A stretch of DNA of 64,000 nt from Candidatus Nezhaarchaeales archaeon (GTDB lineage: Archaea > Thermoproteota > Methanomethylicia > Nezhaarchaeales > WYZ-LMO8). How positions within the stretch are numbered: position 1 is the stretch's first letter; the number at the start of each line of letters is the position of its first letter. The notes below the pieces were generated by a model. The model worked only from the letters and a program-made list of their open reading frames with translations, was not told the DNA's origin and did not search any database. The stretch lies in assembly GCA_038887515.1 (NCBI GenBank), contig JAWAKK010000003.1, forward strand, positions 1 to 64,000, read 5' to 3'. The translations under genes and the position numbers were made by a program. Shown in pieces: positions 38,675 to 48,054 of the stretch.

Positions 38675-41100
38675 GGCTTAATCATAAATGGTTGGAACGG
38701 TACTCCGTCAATCAGTAAGAACTTCATTCCATGCTCTACCCAGTGAAGCCTTAGAGCCTGTAGGAACACGAATATTATTTCGAAGAATACAAAGAATAAT
38801 GTTCCAGCGACCACGCCTACAAAGGGTATTCCGGCAATTTTCTGTAACCCTCCATCGACTAACAAGAACACGTGAGAGAGGACGGCGTGTATTATTGCGA
38901 AAGCAAAGAGTCTTGCGTAAGATATAGTGTTTGAAAGTGATGCTATGAGGGAATCAAGGCTCTCGCTAAAGCCCTCTAGCATCCCCATGCATATCACTCT
39001 AGCAATTATCATCACTATGAATGGTAACCATAACACAATTATGCTTAAGAATATATCTCCAAATATCACCTTTATTAGTCCTCCACCATAAGTCATAAAT
39101 GCGATAGCTGCACTGACATACAGCCAAAGCCATAGTCCCGGACCTACGATCGCTTCCTTATACTCCTTAAGCCTTACCTTATTTATTACCGATATTACTA
39201 ATCCTAGAACTATGTGAAATATCGCTACATGTATTGAGAACTTCAAGAGAGCCTTAGCCCCTTCAGGCTCTAATACGTGGAACTCATGACTAGCCGAGAG
39301 CCCTAAAGCTTTCAGTACTGTTGTCCTAAAGCTGTTTAACGCCGCGTTGTCAAAAATGTTTGGAAGAGGATATCCCGGAGTGGAAGGGCTTCCAAAGAAC
39401 TCTCCAAAGATTATACCGAAGAATATGGAGGCAATGGAACCTGCTATTAGTATTGGTGCCCCTTGAATTATATAGTTTGCCAGCTCTCCTGCTTTAAACC
39501 CCTTTTTCTTTAAGTAGTATAGAGGTATCGATAACGCTAGGAGGACGATTCCGTGTCCGGCGTCAGGGAACATTATCCCGAAGAGTATTGGGAACGTAAA
39601 GAACCATATAACTGTAGGATCTATTTCCTTGTAATTGAGGGTTCCCAAACCTCTTACAAGGCTTTCATATACTTTTGACCATCGTGGGTTCTTCATGAGT
39701 GAGGGTATCTTAACTTCTCGAGGCGTCTCAGCGGCCACTTCCTTTTTTACCTTAACTTTTGTGGGGCGTCCTACTTCTCTATAGGAGAAGTTGTTGGAAG
39801 AAGCTTCTTTAACTAATGAAACCATCTTTTCGAGGTCTTCTTTTGCTACAGCGACTTGGAGTATAGCTATATTGTCGGTTGCAACCATTCTCAACTTCTT
39901 CTCTTCGACAATCCTTGCCCCTTCAACTATCTTCTTTAATTCCACTAATTCAGCCCCTTTCTCGTCCTTAATTCTATCAAGCATGGCGCGTACATTAGCT
40001 ACCTCGTCGGATAGCTGAAGCACAATACTCTTTATCGATCCTTTAACGCCGTGAATCACCACTTCAGCTAGCTGTGCTTGCGGGATAGCTATTGTAGAGA
40101 TATCGCTCTCAAGCCTTGAAACTACTTCTACAGATTTTTTCATAGATTCAAGTCTTGAGTGCAGATAGAATACTTCCTTTTCAACTGAAGAAACAGTAGC
40201 ATCTATTTCGTTTAGCTTTTCATCAGATAATGGCTCACTAAGCGGTCTTATATCTTCAGGTGGGTGCAAGTTTAGCGTGGAGAGCAGTACGTCAAGTCTC
40301 GATGAAAGTGAGGATAGCTTAAATAGTCTAGGCGAAGGTTCAAGCGGCTTAACATTCTCCTTGAACTCTGTATAGATATAATCCCTGAGGTCGACTATTG
40401 AATGCTTAATCCTTGATAACGAGTATACGACGTTCTCTACATAATCTTTAGGCAGGTAGAATCTCACATTTACGATTTCATATTTTTCTTCCTCTAATTC
40501 TTCATGCGTAGGGACCTTTAAGTGGAACTTCGGTTCCTCGTACTTAACAACGCTATAGCCACTACTAGCCCTCTCTACTATGCTGATGAACGGTTTAAGT
40601 AATTCCTTCGGCAACCAACCTGAGAAGACAGACACAGTTGCTGTTTCCGCGATTTTTGTTTTGATGGATTCGAGAGCCTCCAATACCTTTAATGAGACCC
40701 TCAACTTAGAAACTTTCTCCTCATGCTCTCTTCTCACTCTCTCTATCGTAGATTCATCATTAATGCTTAACATCCTTTCCAAAGCGTCAACGTACGCTTC
40801 TATGTCTGGCAAAGATAGGGAGAATATCCCCTCCTCCTCAATATCCTCAAGAGAATACCGTGAGGGGAGCTTCAGTACTGATGCTAGCTTCTCAATTTTT
40901 AGGGTTAAAGACGAAATTCTATAGAGGCGAGACGAGACGTCGAGGGGCCTTAGTATCCCCTTAGCTACCTCCTCTCCAAAGTCCTCCTTCAAGTCTACTA
41001 TGTGGAGCATACCTTCCTTGCCTATTCGGAATAGAACCTTATCGAGATAATCCTTATGGACGTAGACCTTGACTTTTACCAGCGGCGCTAGCGTGAGCAC
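38671..41100 (-). CDS. atpI: A/V-type ATP synthase subunit I, extended (809 aa)
   Basis: YKEIDPT, FGIMFPDAGHG, GEFFG, NTISYARL essential Arg, LRLHWVE. Confidence 0.92.
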   Translation of the reverse strand: MLTLAPLVKVKVYVHKDYLDKVLFRIGKEGMLHIVDLKEDFGEEVAKGILRPLDVSSRLYRISSLTLKIEKLASVLKLPSRYSLEDIEEEGIFSLSLPDIEAYVDALERMLSINDESTIERVRREHEEKVSKLRVSLKVLEALESIKTKIAETATVSVFSGWLPKELLKPFISIVERASSGYSVVKYEEPKFHLKVPTHEELEEEKYEIVNVRFYLPKDYVENVVYSLSRIKHSIVDLRDYIYTEFKENVKPLEPSPRLFKLSSLSSRLDVLLSTLNLHPPEDIRPLSEPLSDEKLNEIDATVSSVEKEVFYLHSRLESMKKSVEVVSRLESDISTIAIPQAQLAEVVIHGVKGSIKSIVLQLSDEVANVRAMLDRIKDEKGAELVELKKIVEGARIVEEKKLRMVATDNIAILQVAVAKEDLEKMVSLVKEASSNNFSYREVGRPTKVKVKKEVAAETPREVKIPSLMKNPRWSKVYESLVRGLGTLNYKEIDPTVIWFFTFPILFGIMFPDAGHGIVLLALSIPLYYLKKKGFKAGELANYIIQGAPILIAGSIASIFFGIIFGEFFGSPSTPGYPLPNIFDNAALNSFRTTVLKALGLSASHEFHVLEPEGAKALLKFSIHVAIFHIVLGLVISVINKVRLKEYKEAIVGPGLWLWLYVSAAIAFMTYGGGLIKVIFGDIFLSIIVLWLPFIVMIIARVICMGMLEGFSESLDSLIASLSNTISYARLFAFAIIHAVLSHVFLLVDGGLQKIAGIPFVGVVAGTLFFVFFEIIFVFLQALRLHWVEHGMKFLLIDGVPFQPFMIKP

Positions 41101-41214
41101 TAGCTTTCGCCCCTTGCATCGTTCATGCGCTATCTCCGTTAAAATAAAAGAATTTATAAAGTTTGCTAGACGTAAAGGGGAGGTAGTCCGTTCAGCTGGC
41201 CGGGGGCACTCGTC

Positions 41215-41538
41215 TTGGATGAAGTTTTAAGTCGCATACTGGAAGCAGAGAAAGAAGCTAGAAGAATTATAGAAAACGCTTACGAAGAGGCTAAGAGGAT
41301 AGAATCAGAAGCGAGAGTTAAAGCGGAGGAGCTTGCGAAGGCAACGTACAATGAGATCATAGAGAAGGCGAAAAAGGAGGCTCAAGAAGAAGTTAAGAGG
41401 ATAGAGATGGAAACCTCAAGCGAGATAAAGAAAATAGAAAACACCGTGCTTGCCGAGACTAAACGTTTAGAAGCTATCGCCTCAAAGAACATGGATAAAG
41501 CCTTAGAGCTAATATTAACTGAAATACTAAGACCTTAA
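41215..41538 (+). CDS. atpH: A/V-type ATP synthase subunit H (G)
   Basis: ILEAEKEA..II..A..EA coiled coil, directly upstream of subunit E. Confidence 0.75.
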   Translation: MDEVLSRILEAEKEARRIIENAYEEAKRIESEARVKAEELAKATYNEIIEKAKKEAQEEVKRIEMETSSEIKKIENTVLAETKRLEAIASKNMDKALELILTEILRP

Positions 41539-41555
41539 TATCGTGGAGGGATCCT

Positions 41556-42197
41556 ATGTCGCTTGCTGGAAACCTAGACAAACTTACGGAAACGATTTTG
41601 CAGAAAGCCGAAGCAGAGGTCAAGAACATCATAGCTAAGGCTAAGGAGGAGGCCGAGAAGATCATAAGGAGCGCAGTAGAAGATGCTAAGAGAAAGGCTG
41701 AGTTAGAAGCATCGGGAATCATAAAGAAAGAGAGGGAAGAAGCTCTTAGTCGAAAGAGGAGCGAGATCGCTAAAGCTCGTATGGAAGCCTTTAGGAAAAT
41801 ACTCGATCACAAGGAAGCCCTCATAGAAAAAGCACTTGAGGAAGCTAAGAGAAGGACGCAGATGATCGTTGAAACCAGGGAGTACGAAGAGAGACTCATA
41901 GAAATGCTTAAAGAGGCCGTAAGGGTCCTTGGAGGAGGGGTCATCGAAGTAAAGCTCAATAAGAAAGATGCAAAACTCGAGCCTAACTTGGCATCTATAG
42001 CTGAAGAGCTGGCTAGAGAGCTGGGGAAACCGGTAGAATTAAGGTTAGCCAGAGAGCAAGGAAACTTCATAGGCGGGCTCATAGCCAAGTCACTTGATAC
42101 TGGAATCGAAGTGGACTATACAATTGAAGGCATACTTGAAAGGAAGTGGAAGAGGTTGAGAAGTGAGGTTGCAAAGCTACTGTTCTCAGAGACATAA
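41556..42197 (+). CDS. atpE: A/V-type ATP synthase subunit E
   Basis: N-terminal coiled coil, IGGLI...VDYTIE...VAKLLF. Confidence 0.88.
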   Translation: MSLAGNLDKLTETILQKAEAEVKNIIAKAKEEAEKIIRSAVEDAKRKAELEASGIIKKEREEALSRKRSEIAKARMEAFRKILDHKEALIEKALEEAKRRTQMIVETREYEERLIEMLKEAVRVLGGGVIEVKLNKKDAKLEPNLASIAEELARELGKPVELRLAREQGNFIGGLIAKSLDTGIEVDYTIEGILERKWKRLRSEVAKLLFSET

Positions 42198-42343
42198 ACT
42201 ATCAATAGCTCTTGATTGCATGACTAGAGGAGTAGGCTGTTTAGAAAGCCGTAGAACGGAGGCTTTTGCTTAAGGTAAACCTGCTTATCGAACAGCAGGA
42301 TCTTTAAGTCATGTTATGAGTAACAGTTATTTTACACGCTTTA

Positions 42344-42820
42344 GTGCAGATAATTCTGATGCAAGTAAAGCTTGACGAAGTAGAAAAGGCCATAATAAGA
42401 GAGCTACTCGCTAACGCTAGGTTATCATTTAGGGAAATAGCGAGGAGAATAGGTACTTCCACCGCTACGGTCGCCAATAAGGTTAAGAAGCTTGAGGAAG
42501 AAGGCGTGATAAAAGGTTACACGGCCGTAGTTGATGCGGAAAAGCTTGGCTATGACATTGCTGCTGTAATTGAAATCGTAATTTCGAGAGGTAAGGTAAC
42601 GGAAGTTGAGGAGGATGTTGCAAGAATGCCTAATGTACAAGCAGTCTACGATGTTACTGGGCAAAGCGATGCGATTGTAATTGCTAGGTTTAAGTCAAGG
42701 ACCGAGCTAAGCAAATTCATAAAAAAGTTGCTATCGATGGAACACGTCGAGAGAACCATAACACATATAGTCCTAAACGTAAGGAAAGAGGAGTCCTTAT
42801 CGCCGCACTTAGTGGAATAA
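42344..42820 (+). CDS. Lrp/AsnC transcriptional regulator
   Basis: NARLSFREIA...LEEEGVIKGY HTH, YDVTG. Confidence 0.92.
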   Translation: MQIILMQVKLDEVEKAIIRELLANARLSFREIARRIGTSTATVANKVKKLEEEGVIKGYTAVVDAEKLGYDIAAVIEIVISRGKVTEVEEDVARMPNVQAVYDVTGQSDAIVIARFKSRTELSKFIKKLLSMEHVERTITHIVLNVRKEESLSPHLVE

Positions 42821-42828
42821 GATTTGTT

Positions 42829-43551
42829 TTACCTTATAACGCGGTAAGTTCCATGGCTCTTCTTGGTCGTGAGGTAGTCGATGACCATCCCAATTATTCT
42901 AGCAGTCTCTACGATGTCCAACTTACCCTCCCTCATCCACCTTCTAGTGTCGCTATAGACTACTAAGTCTCTAGGGTATAGAAGCTTGGTTAACCTTGAA
43001 GCTCTAACTATAAGGTCTAGATCCTCGCCGTAAGCTAAACTTGGATTAAAGCCTCCGATTTTTTCGAAGATACCCCTTTCAATGAGTATTCCCATGTACC
43101 CTGGAAAGGTCGCTTTTAACTTGCATAGAAGCCAGCCAAAAGCGAAAGCAGCTCTACCAAGCTTAGTACGCGCTATGGGTTCTGGCCTTCCTAGGATGCA
43201 CTTCACTCCTTTAGGGTCATACTCGTCAAATAATTCTTTAGCTTTTTCTAGAAAGTCAGCATCAATTGCAGCGTCAGCATCTAAGAACACCAAGTACCTT
43301 CCAGTTGAAACTCTAGCCCCTAGATTTCTAGCTTTGGCTTGATTGCCCTCTTCTACGATTACCTTGTCTGCATATTCCAAGGCTACTTCAACGGTTCTAT
43401 CTGTACTACCACCATCAACTATTATGGTTTCAAAATCTCTTAGAGTTTGTTTTCCTATGCATCGAAGAAGTCTCGGTAAGTACTTCTCTTCGTTTAAGGT
43501 CGGTATTATTAGAGAAAAGAAGGTCTTCATTCTGCCCACCGAGAGAAGCAT
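42829..43551 (-). CDS. GT2-family glycosyltransferase
   Basis: IIPTLNEE, VDGGSTD, ARNLGA, FLDAD, GED. Confidence 0.9.
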   Translation of the reverse strand: MLLSVGRMKTFFSLIIPTLNEEKYLPRLLRCIGKQTLRDFETIIVDGGSTDRTVEVALEYADKVIVEEGNQAKARNLGARVSTGRYLVFLDADAAIDADFLEKAKELFDEYDPKGVKCILGRPEPIARTKLGRAAFAFGWLLCKLKATFPGYMGILIERGIFEKIGGFNPSLAYGEDLDLIVRASRLTKLLYPRDLVVYSDTRRWMREGKLDIVETARIIGMVIDYLTTKKSHGTYRVIR

Positions 43552-43567
43552 TATTATTGTTATTACA

Positions 43568-43624
43568 CAGCTCAGCCGGTTGATCCTTCTTCATCGTTCC
43601 GTCAAGGCTGAACTCTTCATCGCC
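43568..43624 (-). ncRNA. C/D-box guide sRNA targeting 16S rRNA
   Basis: C ATGAAGA, guide GTTCAGCCTTGA, D' CGGA, C' ATGAAGA, guide AGGATCAACCGG, D CTGA; guides are antisense to conserved archaeal 16S CAAGGCUGAA and CCGGUUGAUCCU. Confidence 0.85.
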
Positions 43625-43755
43625 AAATGATTAATTAAGTGGCGGAAACTTAACCATTTCTCCTAGTTCCTTAGTGTACTTAATTCTTGAAGACAATTAC
43701 GTTTAACTACTCGTGAAGTACTACGTTAATTATCTCTCCTCTTAATTTAGGCGGG

Positions 43756-43831
43756 TGGTAGCCCGGGGGAGATTCGAACTCCCGTCGACGGGGCCAAAGC
43801 CCGCCATGCTTGGCCGCTACACCACCGGGCT
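43756..43831 (-). tRNA. tRNA-Gln(TTG), CCA encoded
   Basis: AGCCCGGTGGTGTAGCGG...GCGGGCT-TTG-GCCCCGT...GTTCGAATCTCCCCCGGGCTACCA; A1-U72. Confidence 0.95.
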
Positions 43832-43918
43832 TCATTATTCGTCTAAGAAGGAGGGGCGATTTAAAGTTTAACGTTTAGAAAAAAGGAGATAATGCATTGT
43901 CTTAAATAAAGTCCTTAC

Positions 43919-44101
43919 TCACTCTATAATTTGTATCGCTTGGTTGGGGCACTGAGATTCACATGCTCTACATGCAAGGCAGGACTCTTTATTTACTATT
44001 TCGACTCTTCCACCTTTCATCTCATAGACGCCCACTGGGCATACCGAAGCGCACGTGCCGCAGTTTGTACATTTCCCTCTATCTATAATTATCTCTACCA
44101 T
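43919..44101 (-). CDS. 2[4Fe-4S] ferredoxin
   Basis: Two CxxCxxCxxxCP motifs. Confidence 0.92.
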   Translation of the reverse strand: MVEIIIDRGKCTNCGTCASVCPVGVYEMKGGRVEIVNKESCLACRACESQCPNQAIQIIE

Positions 44102-44138
44102 GGCTGGTCCCAGAGCTATCTCTTCTTCGTTCGTTTTT

Positions 44139-45749
44139 TTAAGCTGTTGCTTTGCTCACCTTCAAACTCAATTCGCGAACTTCTAATTTGAGATCTTCTA
44201 TCTGTTTCATCAAGGCTTGTTCTTTCTGAGAAACTTCGGCCCTAGCAATTCTTTTGCCCATCTTCATTTCCTCGATGTGAGTTACTTCTTCTTCAACCTT
44301 TAGGGCCCTGTCCACGTGGTCTCTAAGCTTTTTAGCTAGCTTGCTAAGTCTTGGACGTTGCCCTAAAACGCTCAAGGAATCTATCAACTTCTTAGAAGTG
44401 TCGAGAAATAGTGGCTTAAGCTCCTGAAGTCTCTTTTTATAAGTTGAGCTCTTTATCCTACCCTTCATGTAGTCTTCATGAATCCTCCAAATTCTGCGAG
44501 CAACTTCTATGTAACTGCTGAAAACTTCTTTAAATGCCTTAATTTTTATGTCGAGCTTAGCTTCCTCTCTCCTCCTAGCTATTAAGCTTCTCCCGAAGAT
44601 GACGCCTACGACTATCACCGCTACGACGATTACTAATCCAAGAACCATTGCTATCAACGATGGGATCAGTGGAGGGGAATACTTTACTACTATACGAAAG
44701 TTTTGAAGAGGAGTTGCTTTATACAGCTCGTAGATAAGCGTTGAACCCTCAATAAAGTTAGGTCTCGGCTCTGCTACCGTTATCGATGACCCTGAAGGTA
44801 TGTGAACCCTCACCTTGACTTCGTCGGCGTAGTTAACGTAGCTAGGCAAAGCATCCAAGACGCGTGAATTAAAAAGCAAATACTTTATGTATATAGTAGT
44901 CCTTTCACCTGCAGCTAAGGACACCCTTGGGTTGACCTGTAACGTTGAGAGACCATTAACTGTTGAGGTATAGTATTGCGCAAAACCTAGTCCAGACGAC
45001 GTTTTAGTAAAACTACCAGCAGAATCTCCTACCTCTAGTACATTGAAGTTTGAGATGTTGAAGTTAAAGACCCTCTGCCTCATCCAAGTGGTTGGTTGTA
45101 GGCTCTCAACGGTTATGTAGTCGACTACTGTACCTGAATCCAAATATATGTCTCTCACTATCTTCTTGATTTTAAATAGCCATGGAGATACTGTGTTGTT
45201 GAACACGAAGTCCATGTTTAATATCCTTGTCTGCTGCAGTGATACGTTGTATAAAACTATGCTCAAGGCATCATCAATAATTGTATAGTTGAAGTTACGT
45301 ACGCTAACGTTAACAAGACTTGGCGGTAGACGTACAAAGACCGCGGCTTGACTAACGTTTAATGCGACTCGAGGGTTCAGTGGCACGTTTAAAACGTTTT
45401 TTCCTTCTTCGACGCTCATGGACCACCAAGTATCTATGGTTACGTTGTATATCTCGTGAGGTGTAAGGCTAGGTATATTTATCATCCAGGGCTTAGAGTA
45501 TTGTCCTTCGCACACTGAGACATAAAGGTTATTCATGCTCTCAACGTCAATGGTAGTCGTATGAGAGCTTGTGGGACCCTTAAATTGAAGCACGTAACTC
45601 GCACGTGCATACGTGTAATACACTTGAATGTTTACGTAAAGAGAGACATTCGTTGTTTCTAGAGAACCTTTCGCTAAGGCTTGAGGTGCAGACAACAGCG
45701 CCAGCGCTAAGATAACGATAGCTAGTGTAGCCTTCCCCTTAAGGTTCAA
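44139..45749 (-). CDS. Type I membrane protein, ribophorin-I-like
   Basis: Signal peptide, beta-rich ectodomain (NPRVSLAAGERT, VKVRVHIPSG), one TM helix, basic helical cytoplasmic tail. Confidence 0.5.
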   Translation of the reverse strand: MNLKGKATLAIVILALALLSAPQALAKGSLETTNVSLYVNIQVYYTYARASYVLQFKGPTSSHTTTIDVESMNNLYVSVCEGQYSKPWMINIPSLTPHEIYNVTIDTWWSMSVEEGKNVLNVPLNPRVALNVSQAAVFVRLPPSLVNVSVRNFNYTIIDDALSIVLYNVSLQQTRILNMDFVFNNTVSPWLFKIKKIVRDIYLDSGTVVDYITVESLQPTTWMRQRVFNFNISNFNVLEVGDSAGSFTKTSSGLGFAQYYTSTVNGLSTLQVNPRVSLAAGERTTIYIKYLLFNSRVLDALPSYVNYADEVKVRVHIPSGSSITVAEPRPNFIEGSTLIYELYKATPLQNFRIVVKYSPPLIPSLIAMVLGLVIVVAVIVVGVIFGRSLIARRREEAKLDIKIKAFKEVFSSYIEVARRIWRIHEDYMKGRIKSSTYKKRLQELKPLFLDTSKKLIDSLSVLGQRPRLSKLAKKLRDHVDRALKVEEEVTHIEEMKMGKRIARAEVSQKEQALMKQIEDLKLEVRELSLKVSKATA

Positions 45750-45862
45750 GCTTCTCCACCTGAAATAACCTGTTTAACAGGTAATGCTTCGTTTATTTTC
45801 GCTTAAATTTTTAAGTTTGCTCACAGAGCTAACCTTCTTGCAACTGTGAGGAGACTTCTGGT

Positions 45863-46159
45863 ATGAGCAGTCTCGAAAGAAAAGTTAGAGCCTCGCTGGA
45901 AAAGGTCATCGATCCCGAGACAGGGATGAGCGTCGTTGAGATGGGATGTATTAAGAGTATTACTGAAAGAGATGGTGAAGTGATAGTAGAATTTACGCCT
46001 ACATCGCCATTCTGCCCAATAGCTTTCCTCCTAGCCCATTCAATTAAAGAGGCCGTAGAGAAGGTTGAAGGCGTTAAAAATGTGAAGGTCTTTAGCCGAG
46101 GCCACATAATGGATGAGCAGATAAATGAGTACGTTAACAAGCCGAGGAGTAGCTCATGA
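45863..46159 (+). CDS. DUF59/MIP18 Fe-S assembly protein
   Basis: VIDPETGMSVVEMG, PTSPFCP. Confidence 0.88.
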   Translation: MSSLERKVRASLEKVIDPETGMSVVEMGCIKSITERDGEVIVEFTPTSPFCPIAFLLAHSIKEAVEKVEGVKNVKVFSRGHIMDEQINEYVNKPRSSS

Positions 46160-46437
46160 AGGTCAAGGTCAAGTTCTTTGCCTTCATAAGGGAAGTCGCC
46201 GGAGTCAATGAAGTTGAGGTAGAGATAAAGGAAGGCATGACTATCATGGACCTAATTAAAAAGTTGAGCGAGAGGCTACCTCAAAAGTTTAGAGACTTTG
46301 TTTTCGAAGGCCACGAGATATCAAAGAACATTATAATACTAGTAAACGGTAAAGGTATAAGCGAGCTTTATGGCTTAGAAACTAAGCTTAAAAGTGGCGA
46401 CGAGGTTGCGCTCTTACCTCCTGTAAGTGGAGGTTAG
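46156..46437 (+). CDS. MoaD/SAMP ubiquitin-like sulfur carrier
   Basis: VKVKFFA, ILVNG, PPVSGG C-terminus. Confidence 0.9.
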   Translation: MKVKVKFFAFIREVAGVNEVEVEIKEGMTIMDLIKKLSERLPQKFRDFVFEGHEISKNIIILVNGKGISELYGLETKLKSGDEVALLPPVSGG

Positions 46438-47705
46438 ACTAATCTGCCGAGCAGGACGTGAGGTTTTGCTTCTTCAATAACTACAGTCGCCCTAGTCCAA
46501 AGCATATCGGAGTCGCACCTAACCACTACTGGCCTGTAGTCTATCATTCTCCCTAAAAGCCCCCCTCTTGGAGCTACTTCAGTAAGTAGAACCTCAACCT
46601 CTTTGCCCACGTATCGCATATTCCTTTTTAACGTGAGCTCTTGAACTAACTCGTTCATTACACGCGACCTAACTTTCTTAACATAGTCCGAGAGCTGGGG
46701 AAGCGATGACGCCCTAGTAAACGGTCTCATAGAATACCGAGCTACATGAACCTTGTCTGGACTCAGCTTTTCTAGAAGCTTGCACGTCTGCTCGAAATCT
46801 TCGTCGGTCTCGGTGGGGAAGCCAACGATGACGTCTGTGGCTAAGAAAACGTCCACTTCAGACCTAAAGGAAGTTGTAAGCTTCAGGAAGGCTTCGCTCG
46901 TATACCTCCTATTCATAAGCTTCAGTATTCTGTCGCTCCCGGACTGTAAAGGCAAGTGCAGATATTTGTAAATGTGAGAATCCGAGTATAATGGTCTTAA
47001 CTCGGTGGCTATTGTAGCCAATGTAGAAGGCTCCATCATACCGAGCCTTATCATGTACTCACCTTCATGCTTAAGCAGCTCTCTGAGGAGGTTTGGAAGG
47101 TTTGTACCTATATCTAAACCGTAGGAGGCTAGATCTTGAGCTACTAGGAACACCTCTTTTACGCCGCTCGCTATGGCGTCAGAAAATAGCTTTACAATCT
47201 TCTCAGGCGGGTAACTGGAAAGTCTCCCCCTAGATATGGGCATAATGCAGTAACTGCACGAACCTAGACAGCCTACTGCAACAGGTATTAGGAGCCTCTT
47301 GTTTATGCCATCATGTGATGGTAATATAAAGGCGTTTCTCCTTTCAGGTCCTACGTTTATCACCTTACGCTCTAGGGCCTCTAAGATCATGTGAAGGGCG
47401 TTGGGTCCAAGTATGCTAGTTGAAGGAGAAAGTGAAGCGATGAAGGCCGGCCTTGCCCTTGCGAGGCAGCCAACTACAACGATTTTCTTATTGCAGTGGC
47501 TTTCCTTCCACTTCTCGACTTCTCTAAGTCTCTTAGCTATTTTTCTCTCGGTCTCGGTCCTAACCGCGCAGGTATTGATGATTATAGCGTCGGCGGACAT
47601 CAAGTCACTGACTATTTCGTGCCCACTCTTTTTTATAATAGAAGCTATAGCTTCGCTATCTGCCTTATTTAACCAGCAACCATAAGTTTCTATATAGACC
47701 TTCAC
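46434..47705 (-). CDS. tRNA methylthiotransferase (MtaB/MiaB-like radical SAM)
   Basis: TYGC..N..DS, NTCAV, GCLGSCSYC, QSGS, VGFPTET, TRAM domain. Confidence 0.88.
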   Translation of the reverse strand: MKVYIETYGCWLNKADSEAIASIIKKSGHEIVSDLMSADAIIINTCAVRTETERKIAKRLREVEKWKESHCNKKIVVVGCLARARPAFIASLSPSTSILGPNALHMILEALERKVINVGPERRNAFILPSHDGINKRLLIPVAVGCLGSCSYCIMPISRGRLSSYPPEKIVKLFSDAIASGVKEVFLVAQDLASYGLDIGTNLPNLLRELLKHEGEYMIRLGMMEPSTLATIATELRPLYSDSHIYKYLHLPLQSGSDRILKLMNRRYTSEAFLKLTTSFRSEVDVFLATDVIVGFPTETDEDFEQTCKLLEKLSPDKVHVARYSMRPFTRASSLPQLSDYVKKVRSRVMNELVQELTLKRNMRYVGKEVEVLLTEVAPRGGLLGRMIDYRPVVVRCDSDMLWTRATVVIEEAKPHVLLGRLV

Positions 47706-48054
47706 TACAATACCGCCCTAACCCCTACTTAAGAAAGAAGAAAACGAAGCATTAAAGATAGAGGTAACCGCCTTACAAAACCTTGAAATCACTCGTCGAA
47801 ACTGTTTCCTCCATTTAACTTGATCGCTCGTCCTTGTTAAAACGAGCCAAGTACGTGACCTGTATGACCTAACCTTAAAAAGCTGGCTTCTAAAGACCTT
47901 CATAGAGTGGAGGGCTATGTGCGAAAGGCATGAAAACAGCGTAACCGAGGCGTTTGCAAAAGGCTTAGACGCTATATCTGAAGATAAGGGGCCTAGGTTT
48001 TCAGCTAAAAGCAAGGATGCCAAAAGTATGGTCAAAGAAGGCCTTTCTTAGGCT

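Noticed and set aside
47773-47814. Short minus-strand frame MEETVSTSDFKVL resembling the start of a MetRS C-terminal tRNA-binding domain
   Set aside because: No continuation of similarity in any frame
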